From Terriglobia bacterium (GTDB lineage: Bacteria > Acidobacteriota > Terriglobia > 20CM-2-55-15), in NCBI GenBank assembly GCA_965198225.1, contig CBDAOY010000009.1, positions 512,001 through 576,000 on the forward strand: 64,000 nucleotides of DNA. Direction: 5' to 3'. Shown here piece by piece: positions 10,216 to 19,296 of the stretch; the first letter of the stretch is position 1, and each line of letters opens with the position of its first letter. The notes under the pieces are model-generated. The model was not told the DNA's origin, searched no databases, and saw nothing but the letters and a program-made list of their open reading frames with translations. The position numbers and the translations under genes are program-made.

Positions 10216-10320
10216 GTGAAGCCGAAGACTAGACGCCGCCTCGATCGCCTGGAGCGACCGATGTCAGATTCCCCAACGGATAACGGCCTACGGCCTACGG
10301 ATAACGGCCTACGAACAACC
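10216..10320 (+). repeat. Degenerate duplicate of the fliJ 5' end followed by GGCCTAC/GGATAAC heptamer repeats
   Basis: 10216 reads MKPKTRRRLDRLERPMS versus MKPETKQRLNRLDRLMS at 10328; heptamer tract ~10278-10312. Confidence 0.65.
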
Positions 10321-10327
10321 AACCATA

Positions 10328-10783
10328 GTGAAGCCGGAAACCAAACAACGCCTCAATCGTCTGGACCGACTCATGTCCGTAAGACAGATCGCCGTCGATG
10401 CGGCCGAAGCCCGCGTCCGGGAGAGCGAGCGGGATATCCGGCGACTCGAGGGGCGGCTGGCGGAGGAGGCGGGAAAAATCCGCCGGGCGATGGAAGAATT
10501 TTCCCAGCCCGAAGGGGTCAGCGTCGAGGGTCTGCAGTGTACCGAAAAGTTTGTCGAAGCGACCGAAATCCGGTCTCTGCGAATCCGCCAAAACATTGAA
10601 AAAACAACTGCTAAGCTCGAAGAACGCCAGGTAGCCTTGAGGGAGGCTCTCACGGAGAAAAAGACCGTCGAAAAGCTGCGGGAACGCCAATTGCAACAAG
10701 CGGAGCGGGAAGAATCTGCAATGATGCAGAAAATAATCGACGAAACTTCCCTCGTCCGGCATGTTCGCAAGAGCCGGGCGTAA
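10328..10783 (+). CDS. fliJ: Flagellar export protein FliJ
   Basis: ~150-aa coiled coil with EKKTVEKLRERQ...E.....DE, immediately after fliI. Confidence 0.85.
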   Translation: MKPETKQRLNRLDRLMSVRQIAVDAAEARVRESERDIRRLEGRLAEEAGKIRRAMEEFSQPEGVSVEGLQCTEKFVEATEIRSLRIRQNIEKTTAKLEERQVALREALTEKKTVEKLRERQLQQAEREESAMMQKIIDETSLVRHVRKSRA

Positions 10784-10798
10784 CTCACAGCTGAATAG

Positions 10799-12445
10799 AT
10801 GGAAGATCTGACACAGTTAAACCTGCCGATATCCCCACAGGGGGATCCTGCCGTTGCCGGCACTCCGATTGGGGACGCGGCCTCCGATCCTTCTTTGTTC
10901 GAGGCGTACCTGACGCAGGCGGCGGTCGAGGCCGAAGGTGAGGCCGGTGTTCCGGAAGGTGGAACGGATTTTTCAGGCGTCCTTGCCGAAACCGCTGAGA
11001 TTGCATCCCTTGCTGAAGCCGCCGAAATGTCCCCAGAGATAGACCTTTCTAAGTTTATTCGCGAATCGCTAGAGCGAGGGGCTGAGCCGCCGGTCGAGCA
11101 GCTGCCGGATTCAGAAACTCTTGACGTGCCCGAGATTCTCGAGGTGTTGGAACGCTTTGGCGACGACGCTGCGTCTGAGCCGCGGATGGAATCGACGGGG
11201 AAAGCCCCAGTCGAATCGCCCAGTAGGGTTTCCCACGGGGATTCGGTCCCGGTTGGCCGGCCCGTGCCGGAAGTCGTATCCGGGGAGCAGACGCCTACTC
11301 TTTCCCGGACCGGCGCAGCCGAGAACGTTGAACCGGATGTCGACATTCCCCTCGAGAAGCGAAGCAGTGTTCGACCGCAAGACGCTAGACAGGCGAACCC
11401 GGGTAACGATGAGACGTTCAGCGCTGCAGCTAGAGAAATCAGCGTGTCGGGCCCGGCCCCACGAGAGGCTGGCGTCTCGCTCGAAGCACTCGACCTGGAA
11501 AGTCGCGGTGTGCGAAAGCTCGCGATCGATCTGGATCCAGATGCCGCGCCACAGACAGCCAGGCAGGCGCCGACTTCAAATGGTCCAAACACCGGATCGG
11601 TCGTGTCGAAGGTCTCACAGCCTTCTGAAACAGCCCTTCGCTCGGAGCTGCCCTCCCGAACGCCGGTCGTGGTTGCGACCCGGCCCCGTGACGTCGACGG
11701 CACCTACAGGGTGAATTCCGACGCAGCCTCTGAGGCAGCGGATCTGCTGGCCCGTCTCGAAGCGCGCACGAACGCGCCACGTCCGACAGAAGCCGCGCTC
11801 CGATTGCCCGTCGAAGAGCTGCCTCTCGTCCGTACCGCCGTCGATCAACTCGTGACGTCCCATCCAGTGTGGAAGGAGGTCGCCATCGCATCGAGGCAGT
11901 TCAGTCCGGCCCGCTCCGCTGCCGCGCAGCCATCCGTCGCCTCGGCAGAGACGAAGGATGCCGGCACGATCGTGCAGATGTCGGCGGACGTTCCGAATCA
12001 AAGCGACCGCTTCCAACGTCAGGACGCCCCACAGCAGGTAGCCCCTCCTCAACCCGTAAGACCAGTGGCGGACACGACGTTTTCGCTCGAACCCGCTCGA
12101 CGGGTGACCATGATGCTCGGAGACGCCGACGCTGAGGTACGTGTCCAGATCCGGGACCACCAGGGTGAGGTTTCGCTCCGATTCGATGCGCCCGCAGTCC
12201 TTCGCTCCGGCCTGGAGGGCTCCGTCCACAGCCTGGTCGAATCGCTGAGCCGCGAACAGGTTCCGGTGTCGGAAGTCATGTTCTCCGGTCGCTTCGACAC
12301 GGGCACCGACTCGAATCATTCGCAGAGCGGAAACCCGCATTCCCCCAAAAAGCACGCATCCACGATGGGTGAAGTCGAGGATGCCTCCTTCACCACCCAC
12401 TTCGAATCGTCGGCCGAGGGTTCGTTAGTCAACCTCCACGCGTAG
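10799..12445 (+). CDS. fliK: Flagellar hook-length control protein FliK (divergent)
   Basis: Long low-complexity A/E/P/S region; C-terminal T3S4-like segment (EVRVQIRDHQGEVSLRF...LVESLSREQVPVSEV); position between fliJ and flgD. Confidence 0.75.
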   Translation: MEDLTQLNLPISPQGDPAVAGTPIGDAASDPSLFEAYLTQAAVEAEGEAGVPEGGTDFSGVLAETAEIASLAEAAEMSPEIDLSKFIRESLERGAEPPVEQLPDSETLDVPEILEVLERFGDDAASEPRMESTGKAPVESPSRVSHGDSVPVGRPVPEVVSGEQTPTLSRTGAAENVEPDVDIPLEKRSSVRPQDARQANPGNDETFSAAAREISVSGPAPREAGVSLEALDLESRGVRKLAIDLDPDAAPQTARQAPTSNGPNTGSVVSKVSQPSETALRSELPSRTPVVVATRPRDVDGTYRVNSDAASEAADLLARLEARTNAPRPTEAALRLPVEELPLVRTAVDQLVTSHPVWKEVAIASRQFSPARSAAAQPSVASAETKDAGTIVQMSADVPNQSDRFQRQDAPQQVAPPQPVRPVADTTFSLEPARRVTMMLGDADAEVRVQIRDHQGEVSLRFDAPAVLRSGLEGSVHSLVESLSREQVPVSEVMFSGRFDTGTDSNHSQSGNPHSPKKHASTMGEVEDASFTTHFESSAEGSLVNLHA

Positions 12446-12450
12446 TGCAG

Positions 12451-12605
12451 GAGCGGCGGATCCGTCCGCTTATCCTGCGTCAAGCTTGCTCGGCCGTACT
12501 CAACGTATTTCATATACGCCTCCGTCGTCCTCGCGGCGCATTCCTTGTCTAAGCGAACGCCTCCACCGCTCTCGAAAGTTCTTGATGTCTTCGGGAATTC
12601 CGGGC
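12451..12605. mobile_element. Second, degenerate copy of the palindromic MITE-like element
   Basis: Shares GCGGCGGA...CGTATTTCATATACGCCT...CCTTGTCT...CTCCACCGCT...CCGGGC with 6985-7159; left terminal repeat not recognisable. Confidence 0.5.
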
Positions 12606-12615
12606 GTCCACTGAT

Positions 12616-12650
12616 TACCGACTACCGACTACCGACTACCGACTACCGAC
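12616..12650. repeat. Heptamer tandem repeat (TACCGAC)x5
   Basis: Five perfect copies with degenerate flanking copies. Confidence 0.9.
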
Positions 12651-12828
12651 TACTGGCAACTAGGCCCGCCGCGTCGTCGTCCGGGGGAGGCAAACACTTA
12701 TCGTCACGGCGCGCCTCCAACATGAGAAAAAACTGCCGGGTGGGGATATTTTTCAAGAGCAATGACTTCGATCCAAGGTTCAAGCATCAATGAATGCCAT
12801 GGTTTGTGAGCGAGAAGGATTCGGTAGC

Positions 12829-12844
12829 TGGCGTGCGATATGCA
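12829..12844 (+). promoter_or_regulatory. Sigma54 promoter of flgDE
   Basis: TGGCGT-GCGAT-ATGCA upstream of AGGAGG and ATG 12863. Confidence 0.65.
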
Positions 12845-12862
12845 GGACCGAGGAGGCAGTTA

Positions 12863-13165
12863 ATGCTTGAATCAATTACTTCGACTCCCGTGGCGAAAGA
12901 GCTCCAGCTCACGGCCACGAAGGCACAGGAACAGAAGTCTCAGTTCCTGCAGCTCCTGGTCGCGCAGATGAAGGGACAGGATCCCATGAACCCGATGGAC
13001 GGTGCCGAGTTCGTTGCGCAACTTGCGCAATTCAGCAGCCTTGAAGAGCTGATCAACATCCGGAGTGTGATGGAGGATGTCCATCAGTCCCTGGAACACC
13101 AGAAGAGTCCTGATGAGAGCGGGAACGCCAATGATCCCGACCCATCTCAAATTTTTGGCGAATAA
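12863..13165 (+). CDS. flgD: Flagellar hook-capping protein FlgD (short form, N-terminal domain only)
   Basis: FLQLLVAQMKGQDPMNPMDGAEFVAQLAQFSSLE; start chosen by the AGGAGG RBS. Confidence 0.92.
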   Translation: MLESITSTPVAKELQLTATKAQEQKSQFLQLLVAQMKGQDPMNPMDGAEFVAQLAQFSSLEELINIRSVMEDVHQSLEHQKSPDESGNANDPDPSQIFGE

Positions 13166-13174
13166 GGAGAGTTA

Positions 13175-14536
13175 ATGGGTTTCAACACCTTTTCGACAGC
13201 GCTATCCGGTCTGTCGACCAACACACAGGGTCTCAACGTCGTGGGGAACAACCTGGCGAACATCAACACCGTCGGTTACAAGGCCACGAGCATTTCCTTC
13301 ATGGAGGTGCTGGGCCAGAAGGTGAGTGCCGGGGGAACCGCGAAATCCTCGAGCAGCGGCCACGTCGGCCTCGGGGCCACCGTCGGAAACATCAGTGGTA
13401 ATTTCACACAGGGCGGTGTCGAGACAACGAACAACCCGACCGATGTCGCGATCCAGGGCTCCGGCTTCTTTGTCGTGAGCGACGGTGCCGGAACCTTCTA
13501 CACGCGGGGCGGTAATTTCCACACCGACGCGGACGGCAACCTGGTGACGGCTACGGGCCACTTCGTCCAGGGTTACATCAAGAATGCTACTAGTGGAGTC
13601 ATCGACGAGAACTCCAACCCCGTGAACGTCAAGATACCTTCGACGACCGGGAACTCGAGCCCGACGGAAACGGTCGAACTCGCGTTCAACCTGGACGGCA
13701 GTTCCGCGGTCGGCGACACGTTCTCGACCACGTTCCAGACCTACGATACGCTGGGCGCGCCTCATCTGGCGACCATCAGCTTCGTCAAGAGCGCCACAAG
13801 TGCTACCGAAACGAGATGGAAATTCGACGTCACCGTACCGCATAAGGACATGACCGGTATCGCGTCGACCAGCACCGACAACTTCAGCCTGCTCACAGGT
13901 GCGATCGCAACAACGCCGATCACAGCCGGTGGCCTGGTGTTCGATTCCAACGGTAAGCTCAAGTCTAGTTATATAGGCACGGAGCCGGCCACGCTGCCTG
14001 CGGCGGCGAACCTCAAGGTCCCTCCCACTGGAATCACGATACCGTCGTTCGGCAACAGCGCCACTCTCAGCTCGAACGGGATGACCTGGAAGCTGATCAG
14101 CGCCAGCGGGGCGCCTAATGCCACCGGACTGGCCGCCGTGAACAACGTGACCTTCAACACCCAGGACGGTGTGCCGCCGGGAGACATGAATTCACTGCTG
14201 ATCCAGGGCGACGGGTCGCTCGCCGGCGTGTTCAGCAACGGTTTGACGGTCGTCGTGGCCAAGATTGCGTTGGCTCAGTTCAACAACGAGAACGGTCTTA
14301 GTGTGCAAGGGAGCGGACTGTTCACCGAGTCCGCCGCGTCCGGTTCGGTCATCCTGGGCACTCCTGGGCAAGGCGGCCGAGGCCGGCTTGTCGGCGGGTC
14401 TCTGGAGCTATTCAACGTCGATCTGGCTGCCGAATTCACCAAGATCATCACTTTCCAGCGCGGTTATCAGGCCAATGCCCGGATGTTGACCACGACCGAC
14501 CAGATCCTTCAGGAAACCATGAACCTGAGAAACTAG
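13175..14536 (+). CDS. flgE: Flagellar hook protein FlgE
   Basis: VVGNNLANINTVGYK, DVAIQGSGFF, YTRGGNF, NVDLAAEF.KII.FQRGYQANAR. Confidence 0.97.
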   Translation: MGFNTFSTALSGLSTNTQGLNVVGNNLANINTVGYKATSISFMEVLGQKVSAGGTAKSSSSGHVGLGATVGNISGNFTQGGVETTNNPTDVAIQGSGFFVVSDGAGTFYTRGGNFHTDADGNLVTATGHFVQGYIKNATSGVIDENSNPVNVKIPSTTGNSSPTETVELAFNLDGSSAVGDTFSTTFQTYDTLGAPHLATISFVKSATSATETRWKFDVTVPHKDMTGIASTSTDNFSLLTGAIATTPITAGGLVFDSNGKLKSSYIGTEPATLPAAANLKVPPTGITIPSFGNSATLSSNGMTWKLISASGAPNATGLAAVNNVTFNTQDGVPPGDMNSLLIQGDGSLAGVFSNGLTVVVAKIALAQFNNENGLSVQGSGLFTESAASGSVILGTPGQGGRGRLVGGSLELFNVDLAAEFTKIITFQRGYQANARMLTTTDQILQETMNLRN

Positions 14537-14579
14537 GTTCGGTGAAGTGAATGCGGGTCAGGGCCGCATGAGCTGAAAC

Positions 14580-14615
14580 GAGCAGGGGGCGTCGCCAGGA
14601 CTCCCCCTGCTCTTT
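14580..14615 (+). terminator. Probable intrinsic terminator after flgE
   Basis: GAGCAGGGGG...CCCCCTGCTC stem followed by TTT. Confidence 0.6.
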
Positions 14616-14714
14616 GACTGACTACCGGCAACGGGCAACGGCCTACGGATAACGGCCTACGCGCTACTTCCCCGTTGCCAAACAGCGTGTCGGTTGTGTA
14701 CCTTCTCTTGGGCC

Positions 14715-14933
14715 ATGAGCGAAGACTGGAGTCCACCGGAATCGGAATTGAAGTTCCTGAGAGACGCGATTCACGACCTGAACAATCGCGTCGGCGTCAT
14801 CCTGGCTACGTCCGAGCTTCTGCAGCTGGATGCGGCCGACGGTAAACCAAGAAGTCGCTGCCAGTTGATTGAGCAAAAATCTCTGGAGGCGCGAGAAATC
14901 CTCTCGAGGATGTCGGAGCGCTACTTTGACTGA
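14715..14933 (+). CDS. 72-aa stand-alone HisKA/DHp-like protein
   Basis: LRDAIHDLNNRVGVILATSELLQ...IEQKSLEAREILSRM resembles an H-box two-helix hairpin, with no catalytic domain. TTGCCA-N18-TACCTT promoter-like element at 14675-14704. Confidence 0.7.
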   Translation: MSEDWSPPESELKFLRDAIHDLNNRVGVILATSELLQLDAADGKPRSRCQLIEQKSLEAREILSRMSERYFD

Positions 14934-15108
14934 GCTTAGCAGCCCGCGGGCTGCTTGTGCCCGTCAACCCGTTGGCTGCGCGCGGTAGTTTTGTTGACAG
15001 TTCTCTCGGGTTTGCCGGCTCCGGGCGCGGCACCCGTAGTCCTGCGCCTGTTTGTAACCCCTTCTTTAGATACGAGTTCGCCTGCCTTACCGCGAGCCCT
15101 CCGGCGCT

Positions 15109-15124
15109 TGGTACAGCGCTTGCA
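15109..15124 (+). promoter_or_regulatory. Sigma54 promoter of the fliL operon
   Basis: TGGTAC-AGCGC-TTGCA; GTCA-N6-TGAC-like boxes upstream at 14963 and 14985. Confidence 0.8.
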
Positions 15125-15163
15125 TCCTAGTCCGCCTGTAAACATCCCTTGCGGAGGCGTACT

Positions 15164-15727
15164 GTGTCCGAGGAAAAAGCTGCTGCAGTAGAGAGTTCTC
15201 CCGGAGTCAAGAGCTCTGGCGGAGTCAAGAGTTTAGGATCTTCTCTCGTGAAGGCGCTTCTGGTTGTCGTTCTCGTACTCGTGTCGAGCGCCGGTGGTGG
15301 CGTGGTGTCCTGGGTCCTCATCGTCCGCAGCGGCGTCCTGGCGATGTCTGCCGGACCGGCCGAGGAACACTCACCGGACGACGAAGCCGAAGCCTTGCGC
15401 GAACTTCTAGCCAATGGTGCGGTCCTGGCCCTCGATCCTTTCGTCGTCAACCTGGCCGATACCGATTCACCCCGGTACCTGCGCGTCACGATCACCCTGA
15501 TGATCGACGACAAAGCGGCGCTGGCACATGTCAGCGAAAACACGGCGATTCTGTCGAAAACCCGGGACGTGATCCTGCAGACATTGAGTCGTAAGAGGTC
15601 CGACCAGATCATCGACGAAGCCGGGAAACACGATCTGCGAACCGAGATTCTTGCCAAACTCGACCCGATCTACCACGAACCCAAAGTCGTCGACGTCATG
15701 TTCACCGAATTCGTGATTCAGCTATGA
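15164..15727 (+). CDS. fliL: Flagellar basal body-associated protein FliL
   Basis: Single TM, LDPFVVNLAD..RYL, V.DVMFTEFVIQ; GTG start after GGAGG. Confidence 0.93.
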   Translation: MSEEKAAAVESSPGVKSSGGVKSLGSSLVKALLVVVLVLVSSAGGGVVSWVLIVRSGVLAMSAGPAEEHSPDDEAEALRELLANGAVLALDPFVVNLADTDSPRYLRVTITLMIDDKAALAHVSENTAILSKTRDVILQTLSRKRSDQIIDEAGKHDLRTEILAKLDPIYHEPKVVDVMFTEFVIQL

Positions 15728-16083
15728 GCGAAAGCGAGATCGTCCCCAGCCCGCCAACCGAGCCTCCGGTTCCGATCGAGCCGCCGGCTCCGGTCGGGCC
15801 GGCGCGGCCACCCGTTGCACCGGCACCACCCCCGGTTTCCCCGGCGGTGGGCCAACTGAAGGGTTTCGCCGATGTCCCGCTCCATCTCGCGATCGAGATC
15901 GGTCGTCTGCAGGTCAGCGTGGGCGAACTCATGTCGATGAAGGACGGGTCGATCTTCAAGATCCCGAAGGCGGCGGGGGAGCCGTTCGATATCTGCGCGA
16001 ACGGTCAGGCTGTCGCCTGCGGGGAAGTGATCGTCGTCGAGAACAGCTCGGGAGTCCGGCTTACGGAAGTCCTGAAGCTGTGA
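15724..16083 (+). CDS. fliN: FliN-like SpoA-domain switch protein with Pro-rich N-terminus
   Basis: DVPLHLAIEIG...GEPFDI.ANG..VA.GEVIVV...GVRLTEV. Confidence 0.8.
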   Translation: MSESEIVPSPPTEPPVPIEPPAPVGPARPPVAPAPPPVSPAVGQLKGFADVPLHLAIEIGRLQVSVGELMSMKDGSIFKIPKAAGEPFDICANGQAVACGEVIVVENSSGVRLTEVLKL

Positions 16084-16093
16084 GGGTCTTCCA

Positions 16094-16330
16094 TTGCCCT
16101 ATTTTCAAGTCATCGGAGCGTTATTTCTGATCGTCGGGCTGCTCGTGGCCGGCCTGCAGGTGCTGAAGAAGTATGTGCCGTCGATGGCCGGGAACACCGA
16201 CATGTCCGTCGTCGAACAGCTGCACCTGGGTGACCGCTGTCGCGTCGTTGTCGTTCGGGTCCGTGACGAAGAGCTCCTTCTGGGTGTCACGAAGGAAGCC
16301 GTCTCGATCCTCGAGAAACTGGAAAAATGA
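16094..16330 (+). CDS. fliO: Flagellar biosynthesis protein FliO
   Basis: N-terminal TM, LGDRCRVVVVRV.DEELLLGVT; position before fliP. Confidence 0.85.
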   Translation: MPYFQVIGALFLIVGLLVAGLQVLKKYVPSMAGNTDMSVVEQLHLGDRCRVVVVRVRDEELLLGVTKEAVSILEKLEK

Positions 16331-17037
16331 GCTTCCTGCCCTCGCCACTATTCCTGACCCTGATTCAGGCCGCGCCCAGCATCAGCATCGACAGCGGAGA
16401 CGGCCAGATTCAGATGAATCTGCCGGTCCAGATGCTGATCCTTTTGACGCTTCTGACTTTCTTGCCGTCGATCATCATCTCGCTGTCGTCGTTCACGCGG
16501 ATCATCATCGTTTTTCACTTTCTCCGCCAGGCCATGGGTACGCAGTCGGCGCCGTCCAACCAGATCCTGATCGGACTGGCGCTGTTCGTGTCGTTCTTCG
16601 TGATGAGCCCGACCCTGACGGACATGTACGACAACGCCTACGTCCCGTGGTCGAACGGTGAGATCGACGAGGTCATGGCGATCGAAACGGGTGCTGCTTC
16701 GTTGAAGACGTTCATGCTGACCCACGCGCGCGAGAAGGACCTCAAGCTCTTCAGCGATCTATCGGGCGAGGAGCCGCCGAGCGGTCCCGAGGATCTTTCG
16801 ATGAAAACAGTCATACCCGGTTTCATCATTTCGGAAGTCAAGACGGCCTTCCAGATCGGATTCGTGCTCTTCCTGCCGTTCCTGGTCATCGACATGGTCG
16901 TCGCGTCCGTACTGCTGTCGATGGGAATGATGCAGCTGCCACCCGTGATGGTTTCTCTCCCGTTCAAGGTATTGCTTTTCATCATGGTCGACGGATGGAA
17001 CCTGGTTATCTCGTCTCTGGTGAAGAGTTATGCCTGA
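16327..17037 (+). CDS. fliP: Export gate protein FliP
   Basis: SFTRIIIV..LRQAMGTQSAPSNQ, SEVKTAFQIGF, PFLVID, SLPFK. Confidence 0.97.
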   Translation: MSFLPSPLFLTLIQAAPSISIDSGDGQIQMNLPVQMLILLTLLTFLPSIIISLSSFTRIIIVFHFLRQAMGTQSAPSNQILIGLALFVSFFVMSPTLTDMYDNAYVPWSNGEIDEVMAIETGAASLKTFMLTHAREKDLKLFSDLSGEEPPSGPEDLSMKTVIPGFIISEVKTAFQIGFVLFLPFLVIDMVVASVLLSMGMMQLPPVMVSLPFKVLLFIMVDGWNLVISSLVKSYA

Positions 17038-17299
17038 TGAACTTGTCGTCCGTCTGGCGGCCCAGTCCTTGCACACCGTCCTGTTGGTTTCAGCACCGAT
17101 GCTCGGCGCGGGACTGGTTGTCGGTATCGGTGTCAGCCTGGCCCAGGTCATTACCTCGATCCAGGATATGGCCCTGGCGTTCGTCCCGCGCATCATCGTG
17201 ACGTTCGTAGTCTTCCTCATCATCTTTCCCTGGATGATGAGCTACATGGTTTCCTACACGACGATGTTACTGGGTTCATTCGACCCTTACGTTCAGTAG
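17030..17299 (+). CDS. fliQ: Export gate protein FliQ
   Basis: 89 aa; AQVITSIQDMALAFVPRI, PWM. Confidence 0.93.
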   Translation: MPDELVVRLAAQSLHTVLLVSAPMLGAGLVVGIGVSLAQVITSIQDMALAFVPRIIVTFVVFLIIFPWMMSYMVSYTTMLLGSFDPYVQ

Positions 17300-17336
17300 C
17301 TTTTCTGAACGACCATCGCTTTTCTGAACGACTGTC

Positions 17337-18086
17337 ATGGACGACGTTTTCGCGCTGCAACTCCCGTACTTCCAGGTCATCCACATCCTCGTGGTGTCGA
17401 TCCGGATCGGATCGATGCTTCTGTTCGCGCCCATCTGGGGAAGCCCGGCGATACCGCGCCCGGTGCGGTTGCTGCTGGTGTTTGCGACGGCCGCGGGCGT
17501 CTCGACGGTCATCCCGTTCAATCAAGCCGCCTACCAGCGCCCCGAGCTCGTTTTACCGGGTGAATTCTTCATCGGTCTCCTTCTGGGCATGGGTATCCGC
17601 ATCGCCTTTGCGGCACTCCAGTTCGGCGGGCACATGGTGGGGTTCAGCCTCGGTTTTTCGGCGGTCCAGGCGATCGACCCGCAGACGCAGAACCGTTCAA
17701 CCCTCATGGCCGGCTATTTCACCATGATGGGCTACGCCCTGTTTCTCGGGTCCGACCAGCACCATGAATTCATACGTGCGATGGCGTTCAGCTACGAGAC
17801 GTTTCCCGTCGGCGGGATGCCGGCGGTCGAGACCTGGTTCGAGCTGCTCATGTCGACGGCCGGCAATATCTTCGTGGTCGGTTGGAAGATCGGATTCCCG
17901 CTGTTCCTGGTCGTTCTGCTGACGGACATGTCGGTTGGATTCGTCTCGAGGATGCAACCGCAGTTCAACACCATCGTTCTGGCGATGCCTCTGAAGGTAG
18001 TCGTCGGCCTGGCGGCCCTCGGCGCCTCTCTGGCGACCTTCCCGTCGATGATTCAGGAGATTTCGGATTTCGTCGTTCTGAGATGA
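17337..18086 (+). CDS. fliR: Export gate protein FliR
   Basis: Multi-TM; GFS....IDP, SRMQPQFN....MPLK. Confidence 0.93.
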   Translation: MDDVFALQLPYFQVIHILVVSIRIGSMLLFAPIWGSPAIPRPVRLLLVFATAAGVSTVIPFNQAAYQRPELVLPGEFFIGLLLGMGIRIAFAALQFGGHMVGFSLGFSAVQAIDPQTQNRSTLMAGYFTMMGYALFLGSDQHHEFIRAMAFSYETFPVGGMPAVETWFELLMSTAGNIFVVGWKIGFPLFLVVLLTDMSVGFVSRMQPQFNTIVLAMPLKVVVGLAALGASLATFPSMIQEISDFVVLR

Positions 18087-18087
18087 C

Positions 18088-19152
18088 ATGGCAGACAAAA
18101 ACGGCAAAACAGAAAAACCGACATCGATAAAGCGCCGGAGGGCCCAGGAAGACGGCCAGATTCCCTTTTCCTCGCAGGTGACCCAGACGGCCTCTCTGAT
18201 CTGCGGGATGGTCATGTTTGCCTGGGTGTTGAGCTTCCGGGGAGGGTTCAAGGGCTTCGTCGTGCGCCTGCTGGACAACGCTGTCATGGCCGACGACGCG
18301 CACCGCCTGGGCCTCCGGGTCATGAGTGATACCGCGGTCTACTTCGTGTTACTCGTCGCGCCGGTCCTGGCCGGCGCATGGGTGGGCGCCCTGGCCGGGG
18401 CCATCGTTCAGGGGATGCCCAAGTACGCCAGCAAAGCCCTGGAACCAAAGTGGGAGCGGCTTAACCCGAAGCAGGGTCTCCAGAAACTGAAGACCAAGAT
18501 CCAACCGGTCGAATGGGGGCGGTTGCTCGTCATGCTGGGGGTTCTGATAGTTGCGGTCTACACCACACTGTCGATGTACTGGCCGATCCTGCTGCGCTCG
18601 CCCGGTGTACCGATCGAGGCGTCCAACGATCTGCTCCGCACGGTGTTGATCCGGGTGCTGACCTACGTTCTCCCCCTGGTCGTCCTGGCAGTGATCGACC
18701 TCATCGTCGTGCGGTACCGGCATGAGAAGAGCCTCAAACAGACGAAATCGGAAGTCAAAGAAGACAACAAGCAGATGGACGGCAACCCTGAGGTCAAGGG
18801 GAAGGTTCGCTCCATCCAGCGTGAACAGGCCAAGCAGCGGATGATGGCCGCCGTCGAAGACGCCGACGTCATCATCACCAACCCGACGCACTACGCCGTC
18901 GCCCTCGAATACAAGCCCGACCTGATGGCCGCCCCGAAGGTGGTCGCCAAGGGTCAGGGCTGGCTCGCCGAGAAAATAAAAGAGGTGGGTCGGGAATATG
19001 ACATCCCCAGGGTGGAAAACGTCCCGCTGGCCCGTGCGCTCTACCGCAGCGTGGAGGTCGAGCAGGAGATACCGATGCACCTCTATAAGGCGGTTGCCGA
19101 GGTTCTGGCGTACGTCTTTAAAGTTCACAAACGCATGAAACGGAAGGTGTAA
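18088..19152 (+). CDS. flhB: Substrate-specificity switch protein FlhB
   Basis: KTEKPT, DGNPEVKGKVR, NPTH autocleavage motif, ENVPLARALY. Confidence 0.97.
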   Translation: MADKNGKTEKPTSIKRRRAQEDGQIPFSSQVTQTASLICGMVMFAWVLSFRGGFKGFVVRLLDNAVMADDAHRLGLRVMSDTAVYFVLLVAPVLAGAWVGALAGAIVQGMPKYASKALEPKWERLNPKQGLQKLKTKIQPVEWGRLLVMLGVLIVAVYTTLSMYWPILLRSPGVPIEASNDLLRTVLIRVLTYVLPLVVLAVIDLIVVRYRHEKSLKQTKSEVKEDNKQMDGNPEVKGKVRSIQREQAKQRMMAAVEDADVIITNPTHYAVALEYKPDLMAAPKVVAKGQGWLAEKIKEVGREYDIPRVENVPLARALYRSVEVEQEIPMHLYKAVAEVLAYVFKVHKRMKRKV

Positions 19153-19258
19153 CCGCACTCTGAGCGAGGTGCCCCGGAACGGGGCCGAGGCGCTCCGGAA
19201 CCACCTTGTGCGGTCTGGAAACAACGCGCAAGGAACGGGCCGATGGGGCTCCCGATCT

Positions 19259-19274
19259 TGGCATCCGGGTTGCA
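19259..19274 (+). promoter_or_regulatory. Sigma54 promoter of the flhA-flhF-fliA-fliM-fliN operon
   Basis: TGGCAT-CCGGG-TTGCA. Confidence 0.82.
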
Positions 19275-19296
19275 TTAATTACGGCCGAGGGGGTCT

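Noticed and set aside
14405-14425. FlgE LELFNVD instead of the usual LExSNVD
   Set aside because: A single-base difference that cannot be told apart from a polymorphism or sequencing error.
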